Source of the DNA: Anolis carolinensis | Lineage: Eukaryota | Length of the DNA: 64,000 nt | Direction: 5' to 3' | NCBI RefSeq assembly: GCF_035594765.1 | Contig: NC_085846.1 | Location: forward strand, 5,939,190 to 6,003,189 | In this document: piece after piece, positions 10,129 to 21,817 of the stretch | Position numbering within the stretch: the first letter of the stretch is position 1 | Layout of the letters: each line of letters opens with the position of its first letter | Notes under the pieces: model-generated | Seen by the model: only the letters and a program-made list of their open reading frames with translations | Database searches by the model: none | What the model was told of the DNA's origin: nothing | Translations under genes and position numbers: made by a program

Positions 10129-11490
10129 GATGAGAGGAAAGACAAAGATCCACCCAGAGGAAAAGTGTTCTTACCAGACATCAAGGGAATCAATGACCGC
10201 ATAGGGAAGCGGAAGAAGAAAAACTATCTACAGACCCATCAAGAAAATCCAACCAATGCTACGTTCAGCAAAGGACAAGAGAGATCCTCCCACCTCTGTA
10301 GGAGTCTACCGTATACCACGCAGCTGTGGACAAGTCTACATAGGGAACACCAAATGCAGCATTGTCCAAACATGATACAAGGAACATGACAGACTAATCC
10401 AACCAGAGAAGTCAGCCAGAGCAGAGCACTTGATGGACCAATCTGGACACAGCATATTATTTGAGAACACAGAAATGCTGGACCACTCTCACAATCACCA
10501 TGTCAGACGACACAGAGAAGCCAATGGAACCCACAAGCATGTGGACAATTTCAACAGAAAGGAGGAAACCATGTAAATGAACAAAATCTGGCTACCAGTA
10601 TGAAAAAAACCCTCTAAAATCAGGACAGTAAATAAAGAACAACACTGAAAACAAGGAATTCCAGGTAGGAAACAATCAGGGCCAGCTAACACCTCCCAAC
10701 AAAGGATTCCCCTAGGTGGGAATCAGACAGGCCTTGCAGCTGCAAGACTTTTCAGTGCTAATTGGGGGCCGGGCTGTGGCGCAGGCTGGTTAGCAGCCAG
10801 CAGCAATAAATCACTCTGACCAAGAGGTCATGAGTTTGAGGCCAGCCCATGTTGGGGTGAGCACCCGACAATTAAACAAAATAAAATATAGCCCCTGCTC
10901 GTTGCTGACCTAAGCAACTTGAAAGATAGTTGCATCTGTCAAGTAGGAAATTTAGGTACCACTTATATGTGTGGAGGCTAATTTACGACATCATAAAATC
11001 ACCCAGCCACCGCTGGAATGAGGAAGTGCCGTCGCAGTGGATGATGAAGCAGCTGCTCCCCCTGTGGCCGGAATCCAGCATACCTTCAGGAAGCTGGAAG
11101 CTGGAGAAGGTTTAAATTGCCTCTGCGTCTGTCTCTGTCTCTGTTCTATGTTTATATGGCATTGAATGTTTGCCTCATAGGTGTACAATGTAATCTGCCC
11201 TGAGTCCCCTTCGGGGTGAGAAGGGCAGAATATAAATACTGCAAATAAATAAACAAATAAATAAATAAATAAATAAATAAGGCAATTAATTGCAACAGTC
11301 ACATTTGCCTCCAACAAACAAGAGTTCTTTCTCCCACCTTGGACCTTCCACAGATATATAAACCTCCCTTGCCTAGTTTCCAATATACCTCACAACCTCT
11401 GAGTATGCCTGCAATAGATGTGGGCTAAACATCAGGAGAGAATGCTTCTGGAACATGGCCATACAGCCCGGAAAACTCACAGCAACCCAT
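10129..11490 (+). mobile_element. Penelope-like element fragment (GIY-YIG remnant plus pseudo-LTR)
   Basis: Decayed frame reading GVYRIP.SCGQVYIG...EKSA.AEH...NFNRKEET; interrupted by a SINE at 10764-11280. Confidence 0.85.
10764..11280 (+). mobile_element. tRNA-derived SINE with L2-type tail
   Basis: Head GGGGGCCGGGCTGTGGCGCAG with A/B boxes; tail gagtccccttcggggtgagaagggc-(TAAA)n; relatives at 14397-14830, 20248-20720 and 27045-27503. Confidence 0.85.
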
Positions 11491-11595
11491 AACAGAAGAG
11501 ATGTCACAATGAGCAAAAAAGCAATGCCTCGTGGCCCTATCTTGGTGGTTCTGCACTTAAGAATAATGTGGCTCCGTGAATCAAGGTTTTCTTAG

Positions 11596-11668
11596 GGTTG
11601 TGGGCGAAACGTCAGGAGAGAATATTTCTAGAACATGGCCATACAGCCCGGAAAACATACAACAACCC
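11596..11668 (+). mobile_element. 73-bp Penelope pseudo-LTR insertion
   Basis: Perfect 14-bp TSD CAAGGTTTTCTTAG (11582-11595, 11669-11682). Confidence 0.8.
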
Positions 11669-13152
11669 CAAGGTTTTCTTAGTACTTCAAGACTAGTGTT
11701 TCCGCACATTTCTAGGGCTTCACAAACCATAAAGTAGGCTAGGAATTAGTACCATATATAATTGATTTCTTAAGAAACCTTTTAACAGTTTCAGATGGTC
11801 TGGGAATCATAACTACATACCCTACAACAGTTTGCAGATGGAAATGGGGACATGTCTGGCTTGGCAATACCAAAAATGAGGTCAAGAGAGCCAAAGAAAA
11901 AAAATCAAACAAGAAAGACTGCAGGTTTCTGCTTTCTGTCTTCTCCTCTCACCTGTCTCGTTAATTTGACGCAAACTAGTTTTACATTTTGAATTAGAAG
12001 AGAACATGGGTTCTGGAGATCAAGCCAAAGAGAGAAAATGGAAGGAGGAGACAGAAACTGGGATATTTTAGAAGTCTTCTAGACTCAGAGAGTTGGGCAG
12101 TCTATGTCTAATCTGGCTGCCCCTTTGACCTCTTTTTCATGGACCAAGAGGGCAAACCTACTGAAGATAAGTGAGAAGAGTCCAACTCGAGATGCCAAAG
12201 CCCTGAGAGATGCTAGGACATGAATAGTGGAAGCAACCAGTAAACAGTTGCTCTGACCAAGAAGCTGAGGAGGAAGTGATGTCACAATGCCAAGTTCTAG
12301 TGGTCAAGAAGAGGAAAGAGGCCTTCTGGTAAGGCCAAAGGCTACACGTGAAGCTCCTGAAGCCTCATCTTCTGTATTGTCCACATTGGGAATAGAGTGA
12401 GAAGTGAAACCTGCCCTGTTCACCTTGTACAAATGCATGTACCAAGGTGAAGATAGATAACTGTTGGATGTTGTAGATATTTGCGGCCACAATGGTCTCC
12501 TCCAGAAGACCTTAGAGAGTTCTACAAACCCAATCCCAATGGCACACTCTCCAGAAATACTCTTTTTTATGCCTGAAAATGCCAACATTTGTGGAATTTT
12601 GAGATATTTTTACTTTCAACTTTGCCCATCCCTGCTTTACCAGCTTAGTAAATGAAAGTCTAGGTTGGGTGTCTGCAAGTGAACATACAGTATGACCCCT
12701 AGGTCCTCTCTTAAGAATATTCTAAGCCATCCAGGGCAATTCTATGGTAATTTCCATTAATAATTTCAATCGGTTTCAGTTTTATCCACAATTTCCGATT
12801 TCCATTGTAAATTCAGGAATATGTGGATATGGGGGTTGTACTATACTCAAAATATTTCAAGCCTTTCTCAATATATTTGGGTTCCCACTTTGGAAAGACA
12901 GATGCTCAGTTCACATGGGAAGCTAATATAGTTCCCTATATCGAGAGAGCGGCGGGATAAAAATAAAGCAAATAAGTAAAAATATTAATTAGTTCACCTC
13001 TTTATGCCAAACCTAGGCAACTGTTGTTAAGATCCCATACCTTCTGGTGGGGTGGAGACTGAAATAATTTGACTGCTCTTTAAAGGAGTGGAAGAGTTGT
13101 GGTTAGTTGCCACCAAGTCAGCTTCAGCTCAAAGCACTTATATAAATGAGAG

Positions 13153-13200
<48 letters not shown>
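13153..13200 (+). repeat. (TAA)n microsatellite
   Basis: About 16 perfect units. Confidence 0.95.
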
Positions 13201-13201
<1 letters not shown>

Positions 13202-14005
13202 GGATCAGGCCTTCTCTCTCCTTTTTCAGTGTCCCACCTGGCTATGGCTCACGAACGGGACCCTGAGGGAGACAGAAGGCCTGATCCTTGCAGCCCAGGA
13301 GCAAGCCATCAGAACAAAGGCAATCAAGGCCAAGATCGAAAAATCAGCTGATTACCCAAAATGCAGACTGTGCAAGGAAACCGACAAAACCATTGACCAT
13401 ATCCTCAGCTGCTGTAAGAAAATCACACAGACAGACTACAAACAGAGGCACAACCATGTGACCCAAATGATTCATTGGAACTTATGCCTCAAGTCCCACC
13501 TCCCAGCAGCAAAGAACTGGTGGGATCACAAACCTGCAAAAGTATTGGAAAATGAACATGCAAAGATACTGTGGGACTTCCGAATCCAGACTGACAAAGT
13601 TCTGGAACACAACACACCAGACATCACAGTTGTGGAAAAGAAAAAGGTTTGGATCATTGATGTTGCCATCCCAGGTGACAGTCGCATTGACGAAAAACAA
13701 CAGGAAAAACTCAGCCGCTATCAGGACCTCAAGATTGAACTGCAAAGACTCTGGCAGAAACCAGTGCAGGTGGTCCCGGTGGTGATGGGCACACTGGGTG
13801 CCGTGCCAAAAGATCTCAGCCGGCATTTGGAAACAATAGGCATTGACAAAATTACAATCTGCCAACTGCAAAAGGCCACCCTACTGGGATCTGCGCGCAT
13901 CATCCGAAAAGACATCATACAGTCCTAGACACTTGGGAAGTGTTCGACTTGTGATTTTGTGAGACGAAATACAGCATGTCTATCTTGTTTGCTGTGTCAT
14001 ACAAT
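13201..14005 (+). mobile_element. 5'-truncated R4-clade (Dong/Rex6-type) LINE in a (TAA)n microsatellite
   Basis: The ORF carries a CCHC knuckle (CRLC...HILSCC), RHN, and a restriction-like endonuclease PD...D motif (NTPDITVV...IIDVAIP); TAA repeats flank both sides. Confidence 0.9.
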
Positions 14006-14396
14006 AAAATAATAATGTAATAATAATAAACAACTTTATTTATATCCCTTCACCATGTCCCTGCGGGGACTCGGGGCGGCTTACATGGGGAAGGCCCGGC
14101 AACATAATCAAATCAAATAAAGACATGATACACAGTTAACAATATAAACAATAAAAACAGCAATACAGTATAAAACTGGAATATTATCACAATAGTTAGT
14201 AATTTATCTCCATGAGCCATAGTCATCTATCAACAGCCCTGCCCAGATCTTGCAAATTCAGGGCAATTATGGCTTCACTTTTTCCTATTGCCTTCTACTT
14301 TACAAAGCATTATATTTTTTTAATCCAATATGTCCTTCAATATAACCATTGGGCTTCAGTTTAGTCATTTTGGCTTCTAAGGAGAATTCAGACTTT

Positions 14397-14830
14397 GGGG
14401 CCATGGTTAGCACAGCGGATTAAATTGTCAGTTAAAGAAAATCTTGTCAACTGGAAGGTTGGCAGTTCAAGCTTTGGGTCAGGGTGAACTCCCGCCGTCA
14501 GCCCTAGCTTCTGCTTACCTAGCAAGTTTAAAACAGCAATGTGAGTAGATAAATTGGTACCGCCTTGGCAGGAAAACATGCCGGCAATTAGATCAGGAAG
14601 GCGTCCATGGACAACAATCTCCTCGATGTGGAAATATGGAACCACAGCACCTCCCCATAGCCAATTCAAGCACAGCCTCCAGATGCCAGAGATGGAAAAG
14701 AGGGAAGCCTTGTCTCTGTTTATTTACTGTCTGTCTTTGTTAATTTTATAACGGCGTTGAATGTTTGCCATATATGTATTCTGTAATCCGCTCTGAGTCC
14801 CCTCGGGGAGGTGGAGCGGAATATAAATAA
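14397..14830 (+). mobile_element. older tRNA-derived L2-tailed SINE
   Basis: tRNA-like head and gtaatccgctctgagtcccc tail. Confidence 0.7.
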
Positions 14831-14914
14831 AGTTTATTATTGATCTAGTTCAGGACCCATTTACTTGTTGTTTCTGCTGTCCATGGAATCCGTAAAACTC
14901 TTATTGGTGTTCAG

Positions 14915-15560
14915 ATTTTTTATTTTATTGTATCCAAGTGACAAGCAAAAGCAAAAATCACATTAACTAGCAAAACAGGCACATTGCAACATCGTAACAA
15001 ATCCTTTCCCTCCTTCCTCTCACCCGTGAACCCGCCACCTAGGACTTCCGTCACGACTCACTATGAATCTTCTATCTAATAAAACCTACCCTTGTAATTG
15101 CTTTAGTAAATTCCCCTTGTGGCTACTTTAAAGTCAACATTTATCTCTCTTTCCAAATATTCAAATGCCAGCCTCCATTTTTTGGCAAACTCTTCATTAT
15201 TGCCTCCCTGGATACCATTAGATAGCTTGGCCATTTGAATATAGTATCATAACATTCCTCTCCAATCATTTTAAGATAGTTCTTTTACACTTTTCCAAGA
15301 TTTTGCTATTGTCAATCTGGCCGCAAAAAAGCGATATTGACAATTTCCCTCACCCCCTTTACTAATTATCTCTCTAAATATTCCTAAAAGACACATTTCT
15401 GTCTGTTTTTTTTCTTAGCCTTATTAGTAATCATTTTATTTTTTTCCTTAATCACATTTTTCCAAAATCTTGGCTCATTCTACCAAATGTGGAAGTAGGT
15501 GTCTTTCTGCATCTTGCAGCTCCAGCATTCCCCTCAATGCTCTTCTTCAGCACCACATTC
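14915..15560 (-). mobile_element. decayed L1-clade LINE 3' end
   Basis: The minus strand encodes a CWSC...TYFHIW knuckle remnant and ends in an A-rich tail. Confidence 0.55.
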
Positions 15561-15809
15561 AGTTGAGTTGATTCGACACTTATCGAATTTAATTGCTGTC
15601 CAGCTTTCACAAAGATGCATATACATTGGAGATATAATAGCATGGATGGTCTTGATTATGGTTTCCAGTTCTACACTGGGCAGCAGCAGCAATAATTTGA
15701 GTGTGAAAGTGATACTGGCAGAGAATTTCTCAGAGACAGTGGCACAGGGTATTTGGGCTAACTCTTGTTTGCGCTGTGAAGAAAGCAGGATTGGTAAACC
15801 ACTCCTTAA

Positions 15810-16430
15810 TGCTTTTTACCATGAAAAAACAGCTTATCCCTAATCCATCTAAAACACAGACATATGCTTTTCACCTTAAGAACAGACAAACATCTTGAAG
15901 ATTACCTGGGAAGGAATCTTACTGGAGAATCGCAGCAAACCAAAATATCTGGAAGTTACCTTGGACTGTGCTCTGACTTACAAGAAGCACTGCTTGACTA
16001 TCAAACAAAAAGTGGGTGCTAGAAATAAGCGAGCAAGAGTCCAAAAGTGGCAGATTAAAACCCAGAACCTCAATCAGTGGCTGACACCGGATGAGAGACT
16101 GCCTCCTGGGCACACAGAAGACTGAGCGATTTGGAAGGTGCTGAACAGACTGACAGATACAGAGCCAACCTTAAGAAAAGAGGTGACAAAGTGGAGTCCA
16201 TGACATGCGAATGTGGAGAAGAGCAAACCACAGACCACTGACTACAATGTGGTCTGAGCTCTGCCAGGTGCACAATGGAGGACCTGCTCACAGCGACACC
16301 AGAGGCATTCCAAGCGCCCAGCTACTTGTCAAAGGACATTTAGTATAAGGCCAAGTTTTTAACTTTGTATTTTCAAATACATTACAACTTGTACTCCCGG
16401 TTCTCTTCTGACACGATAAATAAATAAATA
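15810..16430 (+). mobile_element. Vingi-type LINE 3' fragment with internal deletion
   Basis: KYLEVTLDCALTYKKH; CECGEEQTTDH knuckle; tail ctgacacga(TAAA)n. Confidence 0.8.
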
Positions 16431-17455
16431 CCATGAACAGCCCGATGATGATGGATGGGGAAGTTGGATGCCATTTGAACAACTAGCTGCTTAGGGACGT
16501 CTCAAAGACTGGGGGGCTCATATATAACTGGCACAACTGTGAAACAGGCTGGGTTTGTCAAGGAAAGCAATACAGGTCTGATGTGCTATATGCTTATGCT
16601 TTTTAGATCTTGTGGATGTGGAGATTTTACCATGGGGATGGCCAGAGCTTGGCAGAGGAACGTTTTGGACTACTGTGCCCAATATCCTTGCTGTCTGGGA
16701 GATTTGGGAAGGCCTAGTCCACAAAAGAGACTTTTCTGAGCTCCGTTGCTGGCACAGGTGGTGCGTGCAGTTACCTTGCTCCGAACAATTATCTCTCAAG
16801 CTGTCACTTGGCCACACAATATCTTTTTGACAAAGTCTGACAGATTTCTGGTGTCTTCTCATCTCCAAAAGCTGTTGAGTTGTACAGATTGTGACTCACA
16901 CTCTGCAAGAACAGGATGTCCAGACACGATGGACCAAGAAGGCTTAGGGAGTTCTTGCCTTCCTACCGCTCTGGCAGAGGCTGGTGAAGGACTTTCCACG
17001 CTGTAATGGGATACTTACAAAGTCATCACTGGATAATTTGCTTAACGATGCCCTTTTTGCAAAGGCTTTAATGACTTCGGTAACATATCCCTTAATTTAT
17101 CCAGGTCATGTGGATTTTTCAACAGCAGCAGAAGCAGCTGCGCCGTTTGGGGTGCTGGGGTTATCTTAACACTCTTGGCAATCCCAGATCATTCTCTGCT
17201 TATGTATATGCAAACTAATGACACCAACCAATTTTATGAAGGGAGTCCATCCAGATCTAGCTCATGGAAGCGAACTGAGCATTTGCACTTTGTGATAATC
17301 ATACAAATGTGTGGCTGTGAAGACTGGAGGGATCGTTTGAAAAGATCTGCAAGCTCTCCAGGAGAGAGTAAAAAAGAACTCGGTGCAAAAATACATGGAA
17401 TTTGCTGAGCTGGGAAATAGTACCGTAGAATCAAAGTTGGAGAGGACCACAAGGC

Positions 17456-18182
17456 TGTCGCACCTCAGGTTAGTTTCACCTTGCTAAATACACCAGGCTG
17501 CACACAGGTTGAAATCTTTTGTAGTTTATTAGGAAATAGGAAATAAATAGTTCTTAAAAAGCAAAAGTAAAGTTCCAAAAGATTGTTGTAAAACAAGGCT
17601 TTAAAGAGTAATCTAAAAAAACATAAGGCATGATACAAGGTTCCATTAATGCATGACAAAGTCCTATGAACATGAACACACAAGGCTGTAAGATAATCCA
17701 GGAAAGCGAGAGCTGGCTTCTTGACTTGAGCGAGAAGTTGCTTTGACAAAGGTTTCTCTCTCAGCACACCGTTTTAATACCCTTTGCATAGCATGAAAGC
17801 ATTTCTTTGACCTCTGACCTCCCCCTTGTTTGCTATTCTAACACTCCTGCGAATCTTGAATTCCAAATGGCCAGCTCGATCTAAATATTTCATTTTGTCA
17901 AGGCGAGCCAGCTCGTTAGCATTAGCGTCTGTCTGCATGCTATCAGACTGGGAGCTGTCCTCCCTTCCTGAGTCAATTTGCACCGGGCTAGCTTCAGTAT
18001 CATCAACACCATTCCCTGCCCTGGGAAAGCCTCCCTGTTCCTCATCTTCCACAGCAGGAACACTCAGAACCTGAATCCTATAATTCCCATCAGAGTCATC
18101 TTAAACCTGAATCCCATCATCTTGAACCTGAATCCCATAATCCCCATCAGAGTCATTCTGAGGCTCCAGCTGAGTCACAACA
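17456..18182 (-). mobile_element. solo LTR
   Basis: TG...CA ends; 5-bp TSD AAGGC; AATAAA on the minus strand; inserted in a CR1-like tail. Confidence 0.85.
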
Positions 18183-18730
18183 AAGGCCGATCTAGTCCAA
18201 CCTCTTGCCATGCAGAAATACACATATAAAATATGTCCTTAAGCACACCTGAAAGATGTCCATCCAACTCCATTTTAAAGACTTCAGAGTCCACCACCTT
18301 CAACTTTAGTCCAGTCCTCTATGGTCAAGTTCTTACAGTCAAGAAGTTCTCTTTAATGTTTGGATGGAATCTCCTTTCTTGTAGTTTATTTGTGTTCTAG
18401 TCTCCTACATTGGTTTCAACTATTTATATATGGCTGCCATATTTCCTCTCAATCTTCTCCACATCAAACAGAACCATCCCTAGTGATGGCCATTCACTCA
18501 GGTGGCTTTTAATGAGGACTTGACCAATGTCATTGAACAATGCTAGTGGCTAGCAGCCATCCTGAACCTCTATACTTGTAAGCAGTATCTGAATATCAGC
18601 CTGAGGAGCAACAGTGGTGAGAAGATGTTTTCCTCCTGTTCTGCTTGAGAGGCCTCCAAAATCTACCTGGTTCTTCATCGCAAGATGCTGTGGTCAGGGA
18701 ATCTTGTCCAAACAAGCAACTTCCCAAGTT

Positions 18731-18912
18731 AAATGCTAATCAACGTAACAAATTGCAAACAGACAAGAGTTCTTTCTCCCACCCAGATATATAAAACCCC
18801 ACTAGCCTAGTTTCCAACAGACCTCACAACCTCTGAGGATGCCTGCCATAGATGTGGGCGAAACGTCAGGAAAGAATGCTTCTGGAACAGCCCGGAAAAT
18901 TCACAGCAACCC
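18731..18912 (+). mobile_element. Penelope pseudo-LTR fragment
   Basis: Same pseudo-LTR as the other copies; near-perfect TSD AACT(T)TCCCAAGTT. Confidence 0.8.
18830..18870 (+). ncRNA. minimal type I hammerhead ribozyme motif (Penelope-associated)
   Basis: CCT-CTGAGGA-T-GCCTGC-catagat-GTGGGC-GAAA-CG-TC-AGG: intact CUGANGA and GAAA core, stem II, palindromic ACGU in place of stem III, GUC cleavage triplet. Confidence 0.7.
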
Positions 18913-20093
18913 AACTTTCCCAAGTTCTGGACTAGATTGATTTCTGGTATGTTTTGGTCCAGCAGGGCCTTTCTTAGTTTCTGGTCTATATAATGAGTTT
19001 TGGTCATCAAACGAATTAAAGAAAGGGCATGGAACGAGGGCACCATCAGCTCGCCCTTCAAAATTCATATATAAGGGGTGGAATGATGGGATTTGGGGGC
19101 ACAGTGTAGCAAATAAAATATTCTAGTTATGCTCATAATTATTTTCAAGGGCATTTGAAGTGACTTCTTTTCCATTTCCATGCTGTTGTCTTGTCTCTCC
19201 TGGGATGTAGAAGAAAAGTCATAGGAAAATAAAAAGCGACGAGGAATGTGGCGAGCTTCTTAAAGTGGGGGTTGTAAAGGCAACCAACACATGGCCAGTT
19301 TTAAAAAGCAATTAATTACTTTATAGTAGGCACTTTTCAGGTTATATTTTTGATAATGGAATGGAGCAAGCATCTGCTATGTATTTCAGAAATGAGCAGA
19401 CAGTAAGCGGGGGGAGGATCAGGGTCTGAGTTTTGCAATGTCCTTAAAGGAACGGTTTGAATATTTGAGCGCAGTTATGTCCTCCCTTCAGTCTCAGGGG
19501 TCTTCCCAGATTCGGTTGCTTCCCCACTCGGCCCCACCGGCCCCACCGCCACCTTCACCATCCCATCAGTGGCCTGGCTTCTCTTCTTTTTGCTTTGGCT
19601 GACAGCCTTCAAGCCGACCTCCTGACCCCCGGCCCTCTCTCTGAGACCTACATTGCCAGGGTCACGGGACCCCTGCCTGCCCCCTTTTGTGCAGCCGCTT
19701 TCTTTCCAGATGTTCTCCTGATGCAGTTCTAATCTCTGCCGGGCCCCTTTCTCTCCTCCTCTCCGCCTGCTCTGGTCTCCCTCTTTCACATGATAATCCT
19801 TCCCAATAAAAGTGAGGCAAAGGGGGAAACCAGGCTTCTCTTCCAGGAGGTAATGGGTGTTCGCATCAGCAAATGATCACACAGGAAACTGGGCAGGACA
19901 GGAAGAAGTTTTTATTTGGTCCACATTGCGGGGCTCAAGTGAAATTGTTTTCCATCTTTAGAACCACAAAGCATTTTTCTGTCTTGCCTCAGATACCCCA
20001 CATACTGAAGCAGGTTGAGCGGATGAGCACAGAGACAATTCCCACTGCTTAGACAGGTTGTTATTTGGATAGAACTGGAATTATGACTCTTTT

Positions 20094-21259
20094 TGTTGCA
20101 CCTCAGTGCATGTTCACCTTGCTCTTAACACACACTCCACCACAACAGACTTGGTTTTTACAGTTTATTGATAAAAGATAGCAAAGTCTGAATAAAAAGT
20201 AGTAAAGAAAGCAATAATTCAAATGCAAAGGCAATCTGTAGAATATAGGGGGCCGGGCTGTGGCGCAGCTGGCTAGTAACCAGCTGCAATAAATCACTAC
20301 TGACCGAGAGGTCATGAGTTCGAAGCCCGGGTCGGGTTAAGCCCCCGACCATTAAATAGCCCAGCTTGCTGTTGACCTATGCAGCCCCGAAAGACAGTTG
20401 CATCTGTCAATTAGGGGAATTTAGGTACGCTTTATACGGGGAGGCTAATTTAACTAATTTACAACACCATAAAACTGCCAGCAAAACACGAGGAATGGAA
20501 TGAGGAAGTACAGCCACTACTGGACAGTGAAGCAGCAGCTCCCCCTGTGGCCTGAATCGTGAAGCTGGAAAAAAATGTTAAATGCCTCTGTGTCTGTCTA
20601 TATATGTTGTTTGTCTGTGGGCATTGAATGTTTACCATATATGTGTTCATTGTAATCCGCCCTGAGTCCCCTTCGGGGTGAGAAGGGCGGAATATAAATA
20701 CTGTAAATAAATAAATAAATATAGTTCAAAGTCTCTAATATAGCAAACCAGTCCTGAAAACAAGGCAGCATGAACTCCAAAATGCAATCCAAACACAGGA
20801 TCTAAGCAGGAATAAAATAATCCTTTTCCATGAGCATAGACAAGGCAGGAACTTAGCTTCCAAAACCAATGTTGCTTCGTCTGAAATATTTCCCTGTTTC
20901 CTCCTATTTAACCATGCTTACAGGCTAAGGAAATATTCCTTTGTCCTTGAGTTCCCACACATTTACCAGCTATCCTAAGAAAACGTCTGGGACGATGAAC
21001 TCTTAACCTTTACCTTGTATCTCTATTTAAGGAGGACTCCTCTGACTCACTGCCAGAGCCACCTGGGATTTGTTGATGTTCTGAATCCTGTGAAAGGTCA
21101 CCCTTATCACTGACTTCTGCTTCACTACTAGTCTGTTTATCACAAACTTCTGCTTTACTGCCAGCCTGCGGCCTCTCTGACAATTCAAAGCCTTCAACAT
21201 TTCCTTGGTCAGTCTGCATAAACCCAAATCTCCCTTCATCATCAGACTAAACCATAACA
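20094..21259 (-). mobile_element. solo LTR containing a SINE
   Basis: TGTTG...TAACA ends; 5-bp TSD CTTTT. Confidence 0.85.
20248..20720 (+). mobile_element. tRNA-derived L2-tailed SINE
   Basis: Intact B box GAGTTCGAAGCC; (TAAA)n tail; short TSD AATATA. Confidence 0.88.
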
Positions 21260-21311
21260 CTTTTGCTGAGAACCTTGTAAGCTCCTGGTTGGAGCAACTG
21301 CATGCACATGT

Positions 21312-21766
21312 TGTTAAGGATTGTAGATGACGTTAAATAGCTCTTACATCCACCTGTGAACCAAAGTCACCCTGCAGGGTAATGATGTGCCACCCAGCTT
21401 TGTAGAACAATTAACTGTAACTTTATTGACTTCAAAATGATCAAACAGAGCAATAATATTTACAATAGTATCTCTAATTTCTTACAGAGAATAGTAGGGA
21501 TAAATAGTCCTTTTAAAGTCCGTAGAATTGCCTCAGTGCCTTAGAAATAACAGGGCTTCTGAGAGCCGGCAGCCATCTTCTCTCCTGGCTGTTTTCAGTC
21601 AGCATACACACACTCACTCACTCACTCAGCCCATACCGGTAACCCAGTGACATGGCAGTGAAATTGATCAATCAGATTCCTAGCTGTTCGCAGGCTCGGC
21701 CAATCAGCTTCTTACATGTATTTTTCCAGTTAGCCCACCATAATGATGTCTTTGCAAACCTCAACA
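21312..21766 (-). mobile_element. solo LTR
   Basis: TGTTAAGG...CCTCAACA ends; 5-bp TSD CATGT. Confidence 0.8.
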
Positions 21767-21817
21767 CATGTCTAGTATTTCTACCCCATAATATTCCTCA
21801 CTTTACATGCATCATTC

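Noticed and set aside
13146-13928. 260-aa poly-Asn ORF as a host gene
   Set aside because: It is a chance fusion of a (TAA)n microsatellite with a truncated R4/Dong LINE ORF.
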